NCBI GenBank assembly: GCA_963788655.1
Contig: CAWBHS010000050.1
Location: 1 to 64,000, forward strand
DNA: 64,000 nucleotides
Direction of reading: 5' to 3'
Source of the DNA: an uncultured Verrucomicrobiae bacterium
Lineage (GTDB): Bacteria > Verrucomicrobiota > Verrucomicrobiia > Limisphaerales > JAFGQR01
Each line of letters opens with the position of its first letter. Position 1 is the stretch's first letter. The translations under genes were made by a program, and so were the position numbers. The notes below the pieces were generated by a model. It ran no database searches and had not been told where the DNA came from. It saw only the letters and a program-made list of their open reading frames with translations. Below, piece by piece: positions 20,898 through 32,592 of the stretch.

Positions 20898-23294
20898 TCA
20901 TCGCTCGTTGAACTGCACGTAATCAAGCCGGCCGGCTTCCGCGCCATCGCTCTGGACATCCACTCGAATTTCGTCCCCGCGGCGGATGATGACGTCTCGG
21001 ACTGTGTGGCTCTTCCAACCACGGCCTTCGCCCGGCGATTCCCAGGGCTCCGCCTTGGGCGACGCGGTTGACGAATAACGCGAACCGGGCGCGCGAGCCA
21101 TTTACATCGAGGTAGCGAATATCCACGTCGTAATGGCCAATGTCGCTTGTGAACGGTTCGTCGAATGGCGTTCGAATGCTACCAGTCGCGGCGCTCGACC
21201 AGCTTGACGTTGAGACGTTGCGAAGCGTTCCGGTCGTTGCGGTCCTCCAATGCAAAGCCATCGAAGTGGCGGAAGTTCTCGGCTTCAAGCCGCACCTGTT
21301 TTCGTGCTGCGACCGACGCCGGAGAAGTGCATGCTTCGCGATAAGCCGTTTGAGTTTTGTCGGGTCGCACTCTTCATCGCCCGTGACAAGGAACCAGGTC
21401 ATTCCGGCGTCGGATGGGTCGGGACGGGTCGAAACGAGCATGCGCTCCCAGAGCCAATGAACCTTTGCGTCGTGCGAATTGCGCATCCAGAAATACGGCG
21501 CGAATTCTTTCGGCGTGGACGGCTGACCGTAGCGGCCGAAACTCAACCGTCGGTTCTGGTCCTGAATCTGCACCCAGTGGACATCCTGCTCGATCACGCT
21601 CCGCTTCGTGTAGGAGAATTTGTATTGGGACGCGAACCCGTCGTTCCACCGACTGTGCGAGATGCAATAGACAAACTGACGATTGGCCGGATCGGACTTT
21701 TGGATGCCCAGATACGGAACTTCCATTGGACCGGCGATGATGAAATAGAGTGGATTCGAGCGCCGAGGATTTATTGATAGCCTTGGCGATGTTGGCCACG
21801 GCAGCGTCGAGGTTTTTGCGGCAATCGAAGAATCGTGACTGGTCAAAACCGAAGCGTTCCGCCGCCCCGAGCACGCTCTCGGTGTGTGTCTTTTCCCAGG
21901 TCGGATCTGTCTGCGGCAGAATGGAATTATAGCCGAAGTGGACCAAGTGATCCTTGACGCCGGCTGCGGCGAGAATCGCCAGCGTCATTGGCGAGGCAAT
22001 CCAGTCGTCTCGGTCATTGTGGTTGCCGTCACAACTGTAGGCGATGCGGCCTTGGAAGGTCTGCCCGTCGAAGGGGAACGCCCGCGCCGGCGGCGCCGCG
22101 CGAGACCGGCCCGGCTCGCGCGGCGCTGGGGTCTCGACTACCGCAGCCATCATCCGCTTCCACAACTCGTGATAGTATTCCGGATGCTCGTTAAGCATTC
22201 TGGTCCGGTCCCAATCGCACCACCACCATGTCCTGGCTGGGCACGACGAAGCACGCCTGCTTGCCCCAACCAGACATGTAAAAGGCGTCGCGCGGAGCGG
22301 CGTTACCCAATCCTTGTCCCGTGTGGTTGTTCCACCAGAGACGACCGTAATACTGGTTGGCCTGCGGTTCGAAGGCAAAGTTCGGCTGGCGCCAGGTGCT
22401 CTTTTCCAAGGTCGAATCGCGATGGGTGAACGCGTCAATGCGTTCGGCCTCGATAACCTGGCGGCGTTGGCCGTCCTTTTCCCAAGCGCCATGGTGCAGC
22501 GCCAGGTAACCCACCCGGGCCAGTTCCCGCGCCGGAAATCGCGCGCCACCTTGCGGCCCGCCGGAACCGCCGGCGTGCCCGCTGAACTGGCCCCACTTTA
22601 CCGGCGCCGCGCCGATGGCGGCATTGATTTCCTGGTCGAAGAACTGGTCCAGTTTGCGACCGCTGACGTTCTCCAGAATCAGGCTGAACATGTCCACGGG
22701 AACTGAGGCATAAGCCCAAACGGCTCCTGGCGGCGCCTCGACTTTTTGCGCGAACACCTGGTCAAGGTAGTCGGCCTTGTAGGGACCGTCATACGGCGTC
22801 AGTCCCGAAGTCATCGTGAGCAGGTGCCGAAGGCGAATTTGTTTCCGCGCCGGTTCGGCTTCGGCCCATTGCGCCGGAAGAAACCGCCACGCCTCATCGT
22901 CGAGGCCGATGCGTTTGGGCAGTTGGCCGGTGTCGCTCAGGTCAAACAGCTTCGCCATGGCCAGCGCCGTGAGCGACTTGGTGCAGGACGCGATGCCGCG
23001 CGCGTCGGTAAAGTTTCTCCACTCGCCCGCAATCCAGCCGTGTCGGATGATCAGCAGGGAATTTGGCGTCTTGAAACTCGCCGTGTAGCGCCAGGCTTCG
23101 GCGAGTTTGTCCCAATCCAAACCGGTGCGCTCACGCACGGCCTGCTTTTGTTCTGCGGATGGCATTGCGTTAACCGGCACCAGCGTGCGCCAGCCGCCCT
23201 GGCGCTCTGGTGGCGGGAAATAAGTCTCCACACCACGTGCATAGATCGAGGCAAACAAGCAGGAGGCGCCAACGAAATAGATTAGGGCATTCAT
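20898..23294 (-). CDS. secreted multidomain serine hydrolase (beta-lactamase fold + Asp-rich domain + CBM-like), frameshifted
   Basis: IASCTKS, LLTMTSG, VVVRLG; continues across frameshifts (~22195, ~21770, ~21320, ~21060) into SCDGNHNDRDDW and a beta-sandwich ending RLDYVQF. Confidence 0.65.
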
Positions 23295-23364
23295 AGAGTC
23301 TCAACTCGCGTTGCAGGCAACGTTCATGCCCAGCTTAAGGTCATTTCAATCACGAAATGCTTCT

Positions 23365-25656
23365 TCAGCGGGTCATGACCTTTTGCAGGTTCAGGATTTG
23401 CCGGGCAATCAGCCAGCGATACACGTCAAATTCCGGAGGCGACCAAAGACCATCATATTTGTATTTGGCTTGGACATGGATAGCATTCCAGATCGATTGC
23501 AGTTCCCGCTCAGCGTCGCTCGCGGCCTGTCGCGCCGCCGTTTTGGGACTTCGGCGGGCCTCGGAAATGAGTTGTTCGAGCGTGAACACGTAGCGGTAGT
23601 CATCGTAACCTTCACGATAGGCTTCCCACAGCGCGACCGGCAGGGGCATGCCGTCCGGTTCGTGGCGGTTGAAAAAGTCCATCGCGGACCCATCGAGGTA
23701 ATTGAAGGGATCGCCAATGCTCGCCGAGTAAATCCACGGAATCAGCGTGCGAAAACCCGAACGCCAGAAGCCAAATCCGTAAGTCATCCGCGCGCCGGTG
23801 ACGGGAGTGTGGTCGTTCTCCCCGTTCACGTGATTCGGGTAGCACCAGTATTCGACGTGCCGTGCTTTGGTGTCGGCCAGAACTGTCTCGCGATCGGGCA
23901 GGAAGGGTTGTGTACACCACACGTCCACGTAAGGACGCATGGGAGCGAACTGGTCGTGCGTGGGATCGGCAGTCACGTAGGTGCGCACCCCGGCGGCCTT
24001 GCACGCCTTCAGCACCTTCACCATGAAATTCACCGAGGCCGCGTCCGTGCTCGGCTCATCCACCGGATAGATCAGAAACTCCGGCCAGCCACGCTTTCGA
24101 CGCTCCGCCTCGATGGCCTTCACGAGCGCGGTGATCTCGCGGCTGAATTCCGCAGGCGGATCTTTCACGCCCCGCAGATGACTGCCGTAACGCTCCTTCA
24201 TGTATTTCGAATAGACCGACGCGGTGCTGATGCTCATCACGATCGGGCCTCGAAAATTGAACTTCTTCCAGAGAGCGATCTTCTCGGCGAGCAAATCCCA
24301 GTTGAAGTTGAAGTGGCCTTGAGCATCAGCGGCACCGCTGCCGCAGGACAACACTACATTGCGGGTGCCGTGGGCCACCATGTCAGCGGCTTCCAGTTCG
24401 GCCTTGCGGCGAAAGTAGGCGCGGGAAACATCGTCATCCGCGCGGGCAAGTTGGTCGTACGGATGCCGATAGTAAATGCCGAAAATCTTGTCCGGATCAT
24501 CCCGCAGCTTGAACGGCAGGATGCGCAATGTGACCGGCAACTCCGCCTGGCCACCCGAACATTCGAAGGTAACCTTGCCCGTGTAGATGCCAGGCGGAGC
24601 CTCGTCGGGCACGTGGACGGTGAGCCAGAACCGTGTGTTCTCGCCGGCCTTAAGGTTCAGCGTATCGAAATGCTCCAGAATGTCCGGCACGATTCGATAG
24701 CGGTAACGCGTGGTGTAATTGGGCCGCGCTTTGATGAAGCGGACGTGCCGGATGTCAACTTGGTCCGCCGGCACCGGCCCGATAGCACTGACGGTAACCT
24801 TCGCCCCGGTCAGGTCGCGCAGGGGATAAATAACAAAGTTCATTGGCTCAAATTCGCCCGGTGTGGCGAAGAGTCGCAAAGCTGGATTGAGGTCTTCCTG
24901 GCGCGGCCTCGTATGTGGATAAATGCATTCCAGATAATGTCGCGAGTAAACGACGAAGCCGCGTTGCTGATCGGCCTGGCTTACCGGCGGCATCGAGCCG
25001 GACGCCGGCTCCGGTTCCTCCTTCCATTGGGTCCATTCTTCGGGCGGCAGGCGATAGGTCCACTCTTCGAGCGGAGCAATGATGTCCTTTTCCACAGGGC
25101 CGGCTTCCGGCGCAGTCCAGGCAAGGATGGCATTCACAACCCATTTGCTGCGCGGACTTAATCGCACCGCCAACGGTTCATCAGCAACGCGAGTGTGAAA
25201 CCGAAGCGAATGGAATTGGTATCCGCCTTCGACTTGCACGCGGCGCTGCTCGGTGCCCACCTGCACGGTAAAATCGAAGAACTGACTCCGCATGGCCTCG
25301 CTGGTGCCGCATATCACATAAACGTCGTAGTCCCCGGGCGGCAATTGCATCATGAACGCATTCTCGTGGTCGCTCAGCGTGCAATCTTCGGTGATGGGAT
25401 TGGTCCAAATCGGCGGCGGCTCCTCGCGGCCCCGGCTGCGGTTTTCGATCGGGGTCGTGTAGGCGCAAGCCTGGGCCTTCAAGCCGTCGGTCGATTGCCA
25501 GCCAAAGCCGGATTGGTTCGAGAATAACGCTTGCGGCGTCACGCGCGTAAAGCCATTCCCTACCGCAGAGCGGGCGGTGCCCATGTCAAACAGTCCTGGC
25601 GCCCCCGCGGCGATTTGGGCCAGGGCCAACAACCAGACGAAAACGAATCTCTTCAT
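23365..25656 (-). CDS. secreted glycoside-hydrolase-like protein (GH123/DUF4091-like)
   Basis: Signal peptide, ATPGEFEP, FWLTVHVP..A.PG.Y.G, YPVDEP, WEAYREGYDDYRY. Confidence 0.7.
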   Translation of the reverse strand: MKRFVFVWLLALAQIAAGAPGLFDMGTARSAVGNGFTRVTPQALFSNQSGFGWQSTDGLKAQACAYTTPIENRSRGREEPPPIWTNPITEDCTLSDHENAFMMQLPPGDYDVYVICGTSEAMRSQFFDFTVQVGTEQRRVQVEGGYQFHSLRFHTRVADEPLAVRLSPRSKWVVNAILAWTAPEAGPVEKDIIAPLEEWTYRLPPEEWTQWKEEPEPASGSMPPVSQADQQRGFVVYSRHYLECIYPHTRPRQEDLNPALRLFATPGEFEPMNFVIYPLRDLTGAKVTVSAIGPVPADQVDIRHVRFIKARPNYTTRYRYRIVPDILEHFDTLNLKAGENTRFWLTVHVPDEAPPGIYTGKVTFECSGGQAELPVTLRILPFKLRDDPDKIFGIYYRHPYDQLARADDDVSRAYFRRKAELEAADMVAHGTRNVVLSCGSGAADAQGHFNFNWDLLAEKIALWKKFNFRGPIVMSISTASVYSKYMKERYGSHLRGVKDPPAEFSREITALVKAIEAERRKRGWPEFLIYPVDEPSTDAASVNFMVKVLKACKAAGVRTYVTADPTHDQFAPMRPYVDVWCTQPFLPDRETVLADTKARHVEYWCYPNHVNGENDHTPVTGARMTYGFGFWRSGFRTLIPWIYSASIGDPFNYLDGSAMDFFNRHEPDGMPLPVALWEAYREGYDDYRYVFTLEQLISEARRSPKTAARQAASDAERELQSIWNAIHVQAKYKYDGLWSPPEFDVYRWLIARQILNLQKVMTR

Positions 25657-25670
25657 GCTCAGGGCTCCTT

Positions 25671-26621
25671 TCACTTCCATGGGGACTCGACGAACCGCAC
25701 GGTCGCGCCGGCGGTTTCCGTTCCACCAGCGGCGCGCGCTTCGACTTGATACGTGCCGGGGTCCATTGCGGCCTCGCCTAATTCGAGCGCCACGCGCTGC
25801 GGCCCTCGCGTCGCTATCGCCTTCTTCTCGGTAATAACTCGCGCGCCCAGCTTCAACGCACAGGTCAGTTCCACGCTCTCACCGGGTTTGACACCAGTCA
25901 GGTTGAAATGCACCGGAACCCGTTTTGCATCGGTGAACATCACCACGTTCTCCGCGGCGAAGTTCAGCAACGTGGGCTGCGCATAGCGGAGCAAATTGAT
26001 GTCATCGAAATAGAAATCCAACTCGTCCCGGTCCCGGTATTTGGATTCTGCGATGTGAAACTGCATCAAACGCACGTCGTGATGCCGCGGCACCTGCGAG
26101 AGCGGAATGCGGACTCGTGTCCATGCGTCTTTCTTCAGCTCATCCAATGCCCGGTTGAAGGCGCTCGCTTTGTTCGGCGTGTAGAGCGCCAAGCCCACTG
26201 GTTCACGGGGCAAGGCGTGGCGGGAGGTTTCGGTGTAAACCCAAAACTGCAGGTAGTCCCAACCTGACCAGTCCCGCGATGAAACTTCGCGCAGCGGAAT
26301 GCTGATGCGCGGCCAGCCAATGGGATACTTTGCTTCGCCGCTGGAATAGTCCACGGTGATGTGCCAGTGCAACGCGGGCTGACCGGTCCGTGTGCGGTGC
26401 GCTGAGGCCTCGAGGGTGGATTCAGCCGCCGCCCAGTGGCTGGCCGAATCCGGTCCGAACAAGGTTCGATTCTCCGTCACGGATTCGGTGTCCTTATCCA
26501 ACCCGGCGGGCCGCGTTGGAGTCGAAGGTTCTTGGGCCGGAGCCATTGAAGCAAGAAGGAGAATGCTGGTCGTCAAAAGCGTCGCCCCACTCCATCCACT
26601 GGTCGATATGTGCGTTGTCAT
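25671..26621 (-). CDS. secreted hypothetical protein (CBM-like)
   Basis: 316-aa ORF with signal peptide, RDWSGWDYLQFWVY, YFDDINL. Confidence 0.7.
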   Translation of the reverse strand: MTTHISTSGWSGATLLTTSILLLASMAPAQEPSTPTRPAGLDKDTESVTENRTLFGPDSASHWAAAESTLEASAHRTRTGQPALHWHITVDYSSGEAKYPIGWPRISIPLREVSSRDWSGWDYLQFWVYTETSRHALPREPVGLALYTPNKASAFNRALDELKKDAWTRVRIPLSQVPRHHDVRLMQFHIAESKYRDRDELDFYFDDINLLRYAQPTLLNFAAENVVMFTDAKRVPVHFNLTGVKPGESVELTCALKLGARVITEKKAIATRGPQRVALELGEAAMDPGTYQVEARAAGGTETAGATVRFVESPWK

Positions 26622-26844
26622 TGAGTCTGAGACATCAGACGGCCCGGTTGGTCCGAACCTTCAAGCTTACTGCTTTGCCGCGAAAACCCGCAGGGCGGCG
26701 GGTCTTTTGAACGTGGGCTTCGTTGGCTCGATCCTTACAGCCCACTGCGGGGATGCGCGGACCTCGCCGCCTCGCCCGCGTCCAAAATCCCTCGCCGCAG
26801 GACCTCGCCCAATTTTAAAACAGGCTCTTAGTTATTCGTTCACC

Positions 26845-27876
26845 TCATGGCCGTATCGGCCCGATGTACTCCGTCGCCACCACCACGTTGTCGAACCAGA
26901 CTTTAATCCGGTGACCGGCGGGTTTCTCGGTGTAGAGGTAAAGCCAGACATAGTTCACGTTCAGTTCCGGAACGGTCCGCCAGCGAAACCCTTCGAAGGG
27001 TGCGCCGCCCTCGGGAACTTTAAACCGTTCCGGTCCGCCATTCGCCCCATCCCATCGAACGCCTTCGCCGCCGCGACCGGGCGTGAATTTGTCGTAGGTC
27101 CACAGGCCCTTTGGAAAACCTTTGCCCAGGTGACTGACCAATTGTCCGTCAATCCAGAGTGCCTGTTCGCCATCCGTGTTCTTCGGGATCGTTGAGTTTG
27201 ATCAATTGTTCAATGCAAATCCAGCGGCCTTTGGCCACCTTGAGATTCGGATCGCGAATAAAGCTGTTGCCCCAGGTCTGTCCGCGAGGCGGACTACCGC
27301 GCATCTCGCACCAATACGTGTAATAATCCCAAACCCATCGAGAACCGGAGGGCTCGATGCCCGACCAAAACGACTTCGCTCCGTCGGTGCGCTGGCCGGC
27401 CTTGACCATCGGCCACGGCGTCGGCGGATTGTTGCCGCCGAGGCAGGTCCCGAAGTGATGAATCTCGCCACAGTCAGGATCGAACTTCACATAATACCGG
27501 GCAAAGACACGATCATAGCCCCAACCACCAGTCCGGTTCTTGAGACGACGGTAGAGTTGGGGACCGGAACCCCGCTGGCGGTCCATCCGGAGCGACTGTT
27601 TGCCGGTGCTGCCGGGCGGCACATCCGGGTGAAAGATTGCCCGCTACGGTCACCGACGCTTTCCCACCGCTGCCACAGCGCATCCAGCGACTTTTCTTCG
27701 AAGTCTTCAACGAAGATCACCCGCGGATCGCTCTCGATGCCAACGTCACCAGGATATGAGGTGGCGATCGCTTTGGCGTTTGTCTCGACTGCGCCTTCCG
27801 CTCGGGCATCCAGGTCGGCCAGTTCCAGGAGCCCGATTCCCAAAGTCGCGACCTGAAGGATTTGGATAGCTTTCAT
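26845..27876 (-). CDS. secreted polysaccharide-lyase-like / ConA-fold protein, frameshifted
   Basis: YPGDVGIESDPRVIFVEDFE, FARYYVKF, RWICIE, WFDNVVVATEYIGP across three ORFs. Confidence 0.6.
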
Positions 27877-28615
27877 AGTTTCCTCTCTTACACCCGTTAA
27901 TCATTCCGTTCACGGAGAATTTCTGAACCAAATCCAATATCACCTTTACGGAGGCAATAACTCGCGACCCAACGTTGGGGACTTCGCCTGGGCGCGCGGC
28001 CTGCCCACTGCCCAGACCGAATACATGGGATTGAATCTGAATCGGCTCTACGACGATCTGACGCTGGGCGGCGTGGCGACCTGGGAATACTACGCGCTGA
28101 ACGATATCCTGCCGCTCAACTCCACTCGCACGTGGTTCAGCCATACGCAGACTTTTTGGCAGACGCGGCGGGTGCTGCGTTTTGTCCGGCCCGGCGCGTG
28201 CCGGGATGGGGATAGAGGGTGAAGGTGGCATTGGCCGGCAGGCTCACCGATACCGGAGCGGCATTGTCACCGTGATCAAACCCAGTTCCTGAGCCGCCCC
28301 CGAGCGCAAGCCATCCGCTCGCACACCGAGCGCGCAAAAGAGCGGAGAAAGAACGGGGGTTAAAATTACGAAGTCAGATTAATGAATGTGGTCAAAGAGA
28401 CTGCAAGTCCGCGATACCGCAGATTGGAAATCTGCGCTACGCCTGGCGGAATGCGACAACACTGAAGATACGCTATCAAACCTGGCCCTTGGTCCTTGGG
28501 CCTTCACTGGTCCTTGGGCATTGTTCATTGATCATTCCCCACCATCCGGCATCCGCCCCTTCTCATTTCCTCCTTTCCTCCGGCGCCCGTTGCTCTATCG
28601 TGGGCCAACGCAAAT

Positions 28616-30010
28616 ATGTATTCGAACATTCGTTCCATTCATTTCATCGGAATCGGCGGCACGGCAATGGCGTCCGTGGCGGCCGCGTTGCAGGAGAAGG
28701 GGGTGGCCGTCACGGGCTCAGACCAGAATGTTTATCCCCCCATGTCGAACTTTCTGGAGGAACGAAAAATTGCGTTCACGGTGGGTTACGCCGAGCAAAA
28801 CCTGGCGCACAAGCCCGACCTGATCGTCGTAGGCAACGCCATCTCGCGCGGCAACCCGGAAGTCGAAGCGGTGCTGGACCACAAACTGCACTACTGCTCG
28901 TTGCCGGAGTTGCTCAAAGAATTCTTCCTGCGCGGAAAGCGGTCGCTGGTGGTCACCGGCACCCACGGCAAAACCAGCACCACCGCGTTGCTGGCCTGGG
29001 TGTTCGAGCACAACCGGCTCAAGCCCAGTTTCCTCATCGGCGGCATGCCGCTCAATTTTGGCCAGGGCGCCCGCTTTACCAACAGCGAATGGTTCATCAT
29101 CGAAGGCGACGAATACGACACCGCTTTCTTCGACAAGCGCAGCAAGTTCGTCCACTACCTGCCCGAAGTGGCGATCATCAATAACCTCGAGTTCGATCAC
29201 GCCGACATCTTTGGCAGCCTGGGCGACATCCAGACGTCGTTCAAGCGGTTCATCAACCTGGTGCCGCGCAACGGGCAATTGTTCGCCAATGGCGATGATG
29301 CCAACCTGGCGCCGTTGTTGGACATCACGCATTGCCCCGTCAAACGTTTCGGTCTCGGCGAAGCCAACGCGATCCAAGCCTTCAATCTCAAAGCCGGACC
29401 GACGGCCACCGAATTCGAGATTCCCAGCTTCAAGTTCCACTTGAACACCGTGGGCGAGTGCAACGTGCGCAACGCCTTGGCGGTCATCGCCTGCGCCAAA
29501 CACTGCGGCTTGAAAAACAGCCAGATTCAATCCGCGTTTGATACCTTCAAAGGCGTCAAGCGGCGCATGGAAATCCGGGGTATCAGCAGCGGGGTGACCG
29601 TGGTGGATGACTTTGGTCATCATCCCACGGCCATTCGCGAAACGCTGCGGGCGTTGCGGCAGCGGTTTGGTGGACAAAAAATCTGGGCGCTGTTCGAGCC
29701 GCGCACCAACACCACTCGCCGGAACATCTTTCAAAAGGAACTGGCCAGTGCCTTTGCCGACGCGGATGCCGTCGTAGTGGCGCAGGTGGCGCGCCTGGAA
29801 ATGCTGCCGCCGGAGGAGCGCCTCGATCCCGAACAACTCATCGCCGACCTGCGGCAAGCCGGCAAACAGGCTGATTACTTACCCGATCCCAACACCATCG
29901 TTGAGCACGTGGGCAACCACGCGCAGGTGGGCGAAGTGGTTTGCGTCTTCAGCAACGGTGGCTTCGGCGGCATCCACGGAAAGTTACTGGAACGGCTGAA
30001 ACGGATTTAA
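28616..30010 (+). CDS. mpl: UDP-N-acetylmuramate:L-alanyl-gamma-D-glutamyl-meso-diaminopimelate ligase
   Basis: IHFIGIGGTAM, GSDQNVYPPMS, GTHGKTST, EGDEYDTAFFDKRSKF, DDFGHHPTAI. Confidence 0.93.
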   Translation: MYSNIRSIHFIGIGGTAMASVAAALQEKGVAVTGSDQNVYPPMSNFLEERKIAFTVGYAEQNLAHKPDLIVVGNAISRGNPEVEAVLDHKLHYCSLPELLKEFFLRGKRSLVVTGTHGKTSTTALLAWVFEHNRLKPSFLIGGMPLNFGQGARFTNSEWFIIEGDEYDTAFFDKRSKFVHYLPEVAIINNLEFDHADIFGSLGDIQTSFKRFINLVPRNGQLFANGDDANLAPLLDITHCPVKRFGLGEANAIQAFNLKAGPTATEFEIPSFKFHLNTVGECNVRNALAVIACAKHCGLKNSQIQSAFDTFKGVKRRMEIRGISSGVTVVDDFGHHPTAIRETLRALRQRFGGQKIWALFEPRTNTTRRNIFQKELASAFADADAVVVAQVARLEMLPPEERLDPEQLIADLRQAGKQADYLPDPNTIVEHVGNHAQVGEVVCVFSNGGFGGIHGKLLERLKRI

Positions 30011-30067
30011 CTCAATACGCGGCATTCGACTTAGCCAACCCGATGTGCGGTTTCAATTCGTCAATAC

Positions 30068-30143
30068 GTAGCAGGTCGGATGATGAGTCCGCTCTGATTT
30101 CGCGGAAGAGGGAATAAGTGAGCGGATTACGTCCGCTGCTACA
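30068..30143. repeat. degenerate GTAG REP inverted pair
   Basis: GTAGCAG...GAGTCCGCTC ... GAGCGGATTACGTCCGCTGCTAC; a related arm lies near 60830-60855. Confidence 0.55.
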
Positions 30144-30306
30144 AGGTTCCGTCGGAAAGAGGCGCGACACGGCTTGACTTCGGCCGCTGGTCGGCTAGCG
30201 TGCCCAGTGTTGAGGCGGTCAGGATTTGAGGCGTGGTTACGTTCGAGTTTCCGCCGGGGAAGCGGAACCGCCACGATCCGGTCGCCCATCACAAAATTGA
30301 AATGTT

Positions 30307-31005
30307 ATGAACGAATACCAATCCAGCCTGCGGCAAGCGTCGGTGGCCGAACTTGATGTCAATACCCGAGCCGCCTTCATTTCGCGAACTTACGCCCATT
30401 TGTGCGGCGCGATTTTTGGGTTCACGCTCATCGAAGTGTTCTTGTTCCAGACCGGAATGGCGGAAAAGATTGCGCGGGCCTTGCTGGGCGTTTCCTGGTT
30501 GATTGTCCTCGGCGGATTTGTGTTGGTTTCCTGGCTGGCCAGTCGCGCCGCTCATCTGTCCGAATCCAAACCCACCCAATACGCGGCTTTGGCCGGGTTC
30601 GTGGTGGCCGAAGCGATCATTTTTGTGCCACTGCTCTACATCGCTCAAAACGTGGCGCCCGGAGTGATTCAAAGTGCGGCGGTTATTACCATTGCCGGCT
30701 TTGCGGCGTTGACGGCAATTGTGTTCGTGACGCGCAAGGATTTCTCGTTCCTGCGGGTCATTTTGGCTTGGGCGGGCATCCTGGCATTGGTGGCCATTGT
30801 GGCGGCCGTGCTGTTTGGATTCAACCTGGGCACGTGGTTTTCAGTGGGAATGATCGCGCTGGCCGGCGGAGCGATTCTCTACGACACCTCCAACGTGCTG
30901 CACCACTATCCGGAAGACCGCTACGTGGCGGCGGCCCTGCAATTGTTCGCTTCCGTGGCGCTGATGTTCTGGTACGTGTTGCGGTTGTTCCTTGATCGAC
31001 GGTAG
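30307..31005 (+). CDS. Bax inhibitor-1/YccA family membrane protein
   Basis: FISRTYAHL, TRKDFSFL, ILYDTS, AALQLFASVALMFWYVLR; about 7 TM segments. Confidence 0.9.
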   Translation: MNEYQSSLRQASVAELDVNTRAAFISRTYAHLCGAIFGFTLIEVFLFQTGMAEKIARALLGVSWLIVLGGFVLVSWLASRAAHLSESKPTQYAALAGFVVAEAIIFVPLLYIAQNVAPGVIQSAAVITIAGFAALTAIVFVTRKDFSFLRVILAWAGILALVAIVAAVLFGFNLGTWFSVGMIALAGGAILYDTSNVLHHYPEDRYVAAALQLFASVALMFWYVLRLFLDRR

Positions 31006-31074
31006 GCCGCCCGGTGAACATCGTTGTCCAGCCGCCACGGCCGGCAGATTGCCGGACGATTCACGAATCTTGAT

Positions 31075-32436
31075 ATGCGTACCTTGATCAAACACGCCCT
31101 CACGGCCATCCAACCCAACGAGGCGATCACCATCCAAGGTTGGGTTCGGACGCGCCGGGATGCGAAAGGGTTTTCGTTTCTCGAACTGAATGATGGTTCT
31201 TGCCTGGCATGTCTCCAGGTGATTGCCGACGCGAACATTCCCGGTTACGAGCAGATGCCGGATATGACCACGGGCGCTTCGGTCATCGTCGAAGGCCGGT
31301 TGGTCCCCTCGCAAGGCAGTGGCCAAAAATGGGAAGTGCAGGCCGCGCGCGTGGAATTGGTGGGACCGGCCGATCCGTCGTATCCGCTCCAGAAGAAAGG
31401 GCATTCGCTGGAGTTCCTGCGCACGATTGCGCACTTGCGTCCGCGCTCGAATCTGTTCGGCGCGATCTTCCGCACCCGCAGCCGGCTGGCTTACGCCGTC
31501 CACCAGTTTTTCCAGGAACGCGATTTCGTCTATGTCCACACACCGATCATCACCGCCAGCGATTGCGAAGGCGCGGGGGAGATGTTTCGGGTGACGACGC
31601 TGAAAGGCAACATTGAGGAGAAGCCGGAGGCGGATTTCTTTGGCAAGCCCACCTATTTGACCGTCAGCGGCCAATTGGAAGGCGAGGCGTTTGCGTGCGC
31701 GTTGTCGAACATCTACACGTTTGGCCCCACCTTCCGCGCCGAGAACTCGAACACCGCCCGGCACGCCGCCGAATTCTGGATGATCGAGCCGGAGATGGCA
31801 TTCTGCGATTTGCAGGGCGACATGGATTTGGGCGAAGAGTTCATCAAAGCCATGGCGCGCTTTACCCTGGACCGCTGCGCGGAAGATTTGGGACTGTTTG
31901 GTAAATTCGTGGACAAGGGCCTGCACGACCGCTTGCAGTTTGTGGTCGAGCGTCCCTTTCAACGGGTTTCGTACACCGAGGCGATTGACATCCTGATCCG
32001 GTCCGGCCGGAAGTTCGAGTTCCCGGTCGAATACGGGTTGAACCTCCAATCCGAACACGAGCGGTTTCTCACCGAGGAACACTTCAAATGTCCGGTCTCG
32101 GTCTTCAACTATCCGCGCGAGATCAAACCGTTTTACATGCGGTTGAATGACGATGAAAAAACCGTGACCGCCATGGACGTGCTGGTGCCGGGAATCGGCG
32201 AAGTCATCGGTGGCGCGCAGCGCGAAGAGCGGCTGGACCTCCTCCAGGCGAACTTTCGCCAACACAATCTGCGCGAAGAGGACTACGGTTGGTATGCCGA
32301 CTTGCGCCGCTACGGCACGGTGCCGCACGCCGGTTTTGGCGTGGGCTTCGAACGGTTGCTGATGTTCCTGACCGGCGTGGCGAACATCCGCGATGTCATT
32401 CCGTTTGCCCGCACGCCGGGGAATGCGGAGTTTTAA
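31075..32436 (+). CDS. asnS: asparagine--tRNA ligase
   Basis: [46 protein letters not shown]. Confidence 0.97.
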   Translation: MRTLIKHALTAIQPNEAITIQGWVRTRRDAKGFSFLELNDGSCLACLQVIADANIPGYEQMPDMTTGASVIVEGRLVPSQGSGQKWEVQAARVELVGPADPSYPLQKKGHSLEFLRTIAHLRPRSNLFGAIFRTRSRLAYAVHQFFQERDFVYVHTPIITASDCEGAGEMFRVTTLKGNIEEKPEADFFGKPTYLTVSGQLEGEAFACALSNIYTFGPTFRAENSNTARHAAEFWMIEPEMAFCDLQGDMDLGEEFIKAMARFTLDRCAEDLGLFGKFVDKGLHDRLQFVVERPFQRVSYTEAIDILIRSGRKFEFPVEYGLNLQSEHERFLTEEHFKCPVSVFNYPREIKPFYMRLNDDEKTVTAMDVLVPGIGEVIGGAQREERLDLLQANFRQHNLREEDYGWYADLRRYGTVPHAGFGVGFERLLMFLTGVANIRDVIPFARTPGNAEF

Positions 32437-32592
32437 CGGGACAGCCGGGATGGCTATCCTACGCGTCGGCGCGCTTCGGAATTACAACAACGGTATGTTG
32501 TGCTTGCGGCAGGTGACCCGCAGGTTTTCCGGCTTCAGAGTATCATTGCCTTAATTCATGCCGCGCCTAAACTGCGAGCAACACTTGATACG

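Noticed and set aside
23311..25161. Long antisense ORFs (616 aa here; also 28718-29857, 30841-32328, 42033-43427, 62374-63537)
   Set aside because: Shadow frames of genuine high-GC genes with no recognisable motifs.
27900..28222. Glycoside hydrolase fragment on + strand
   Set aside because: Protein-like (QTEYMG...WEYY) but too short and broken to assign.
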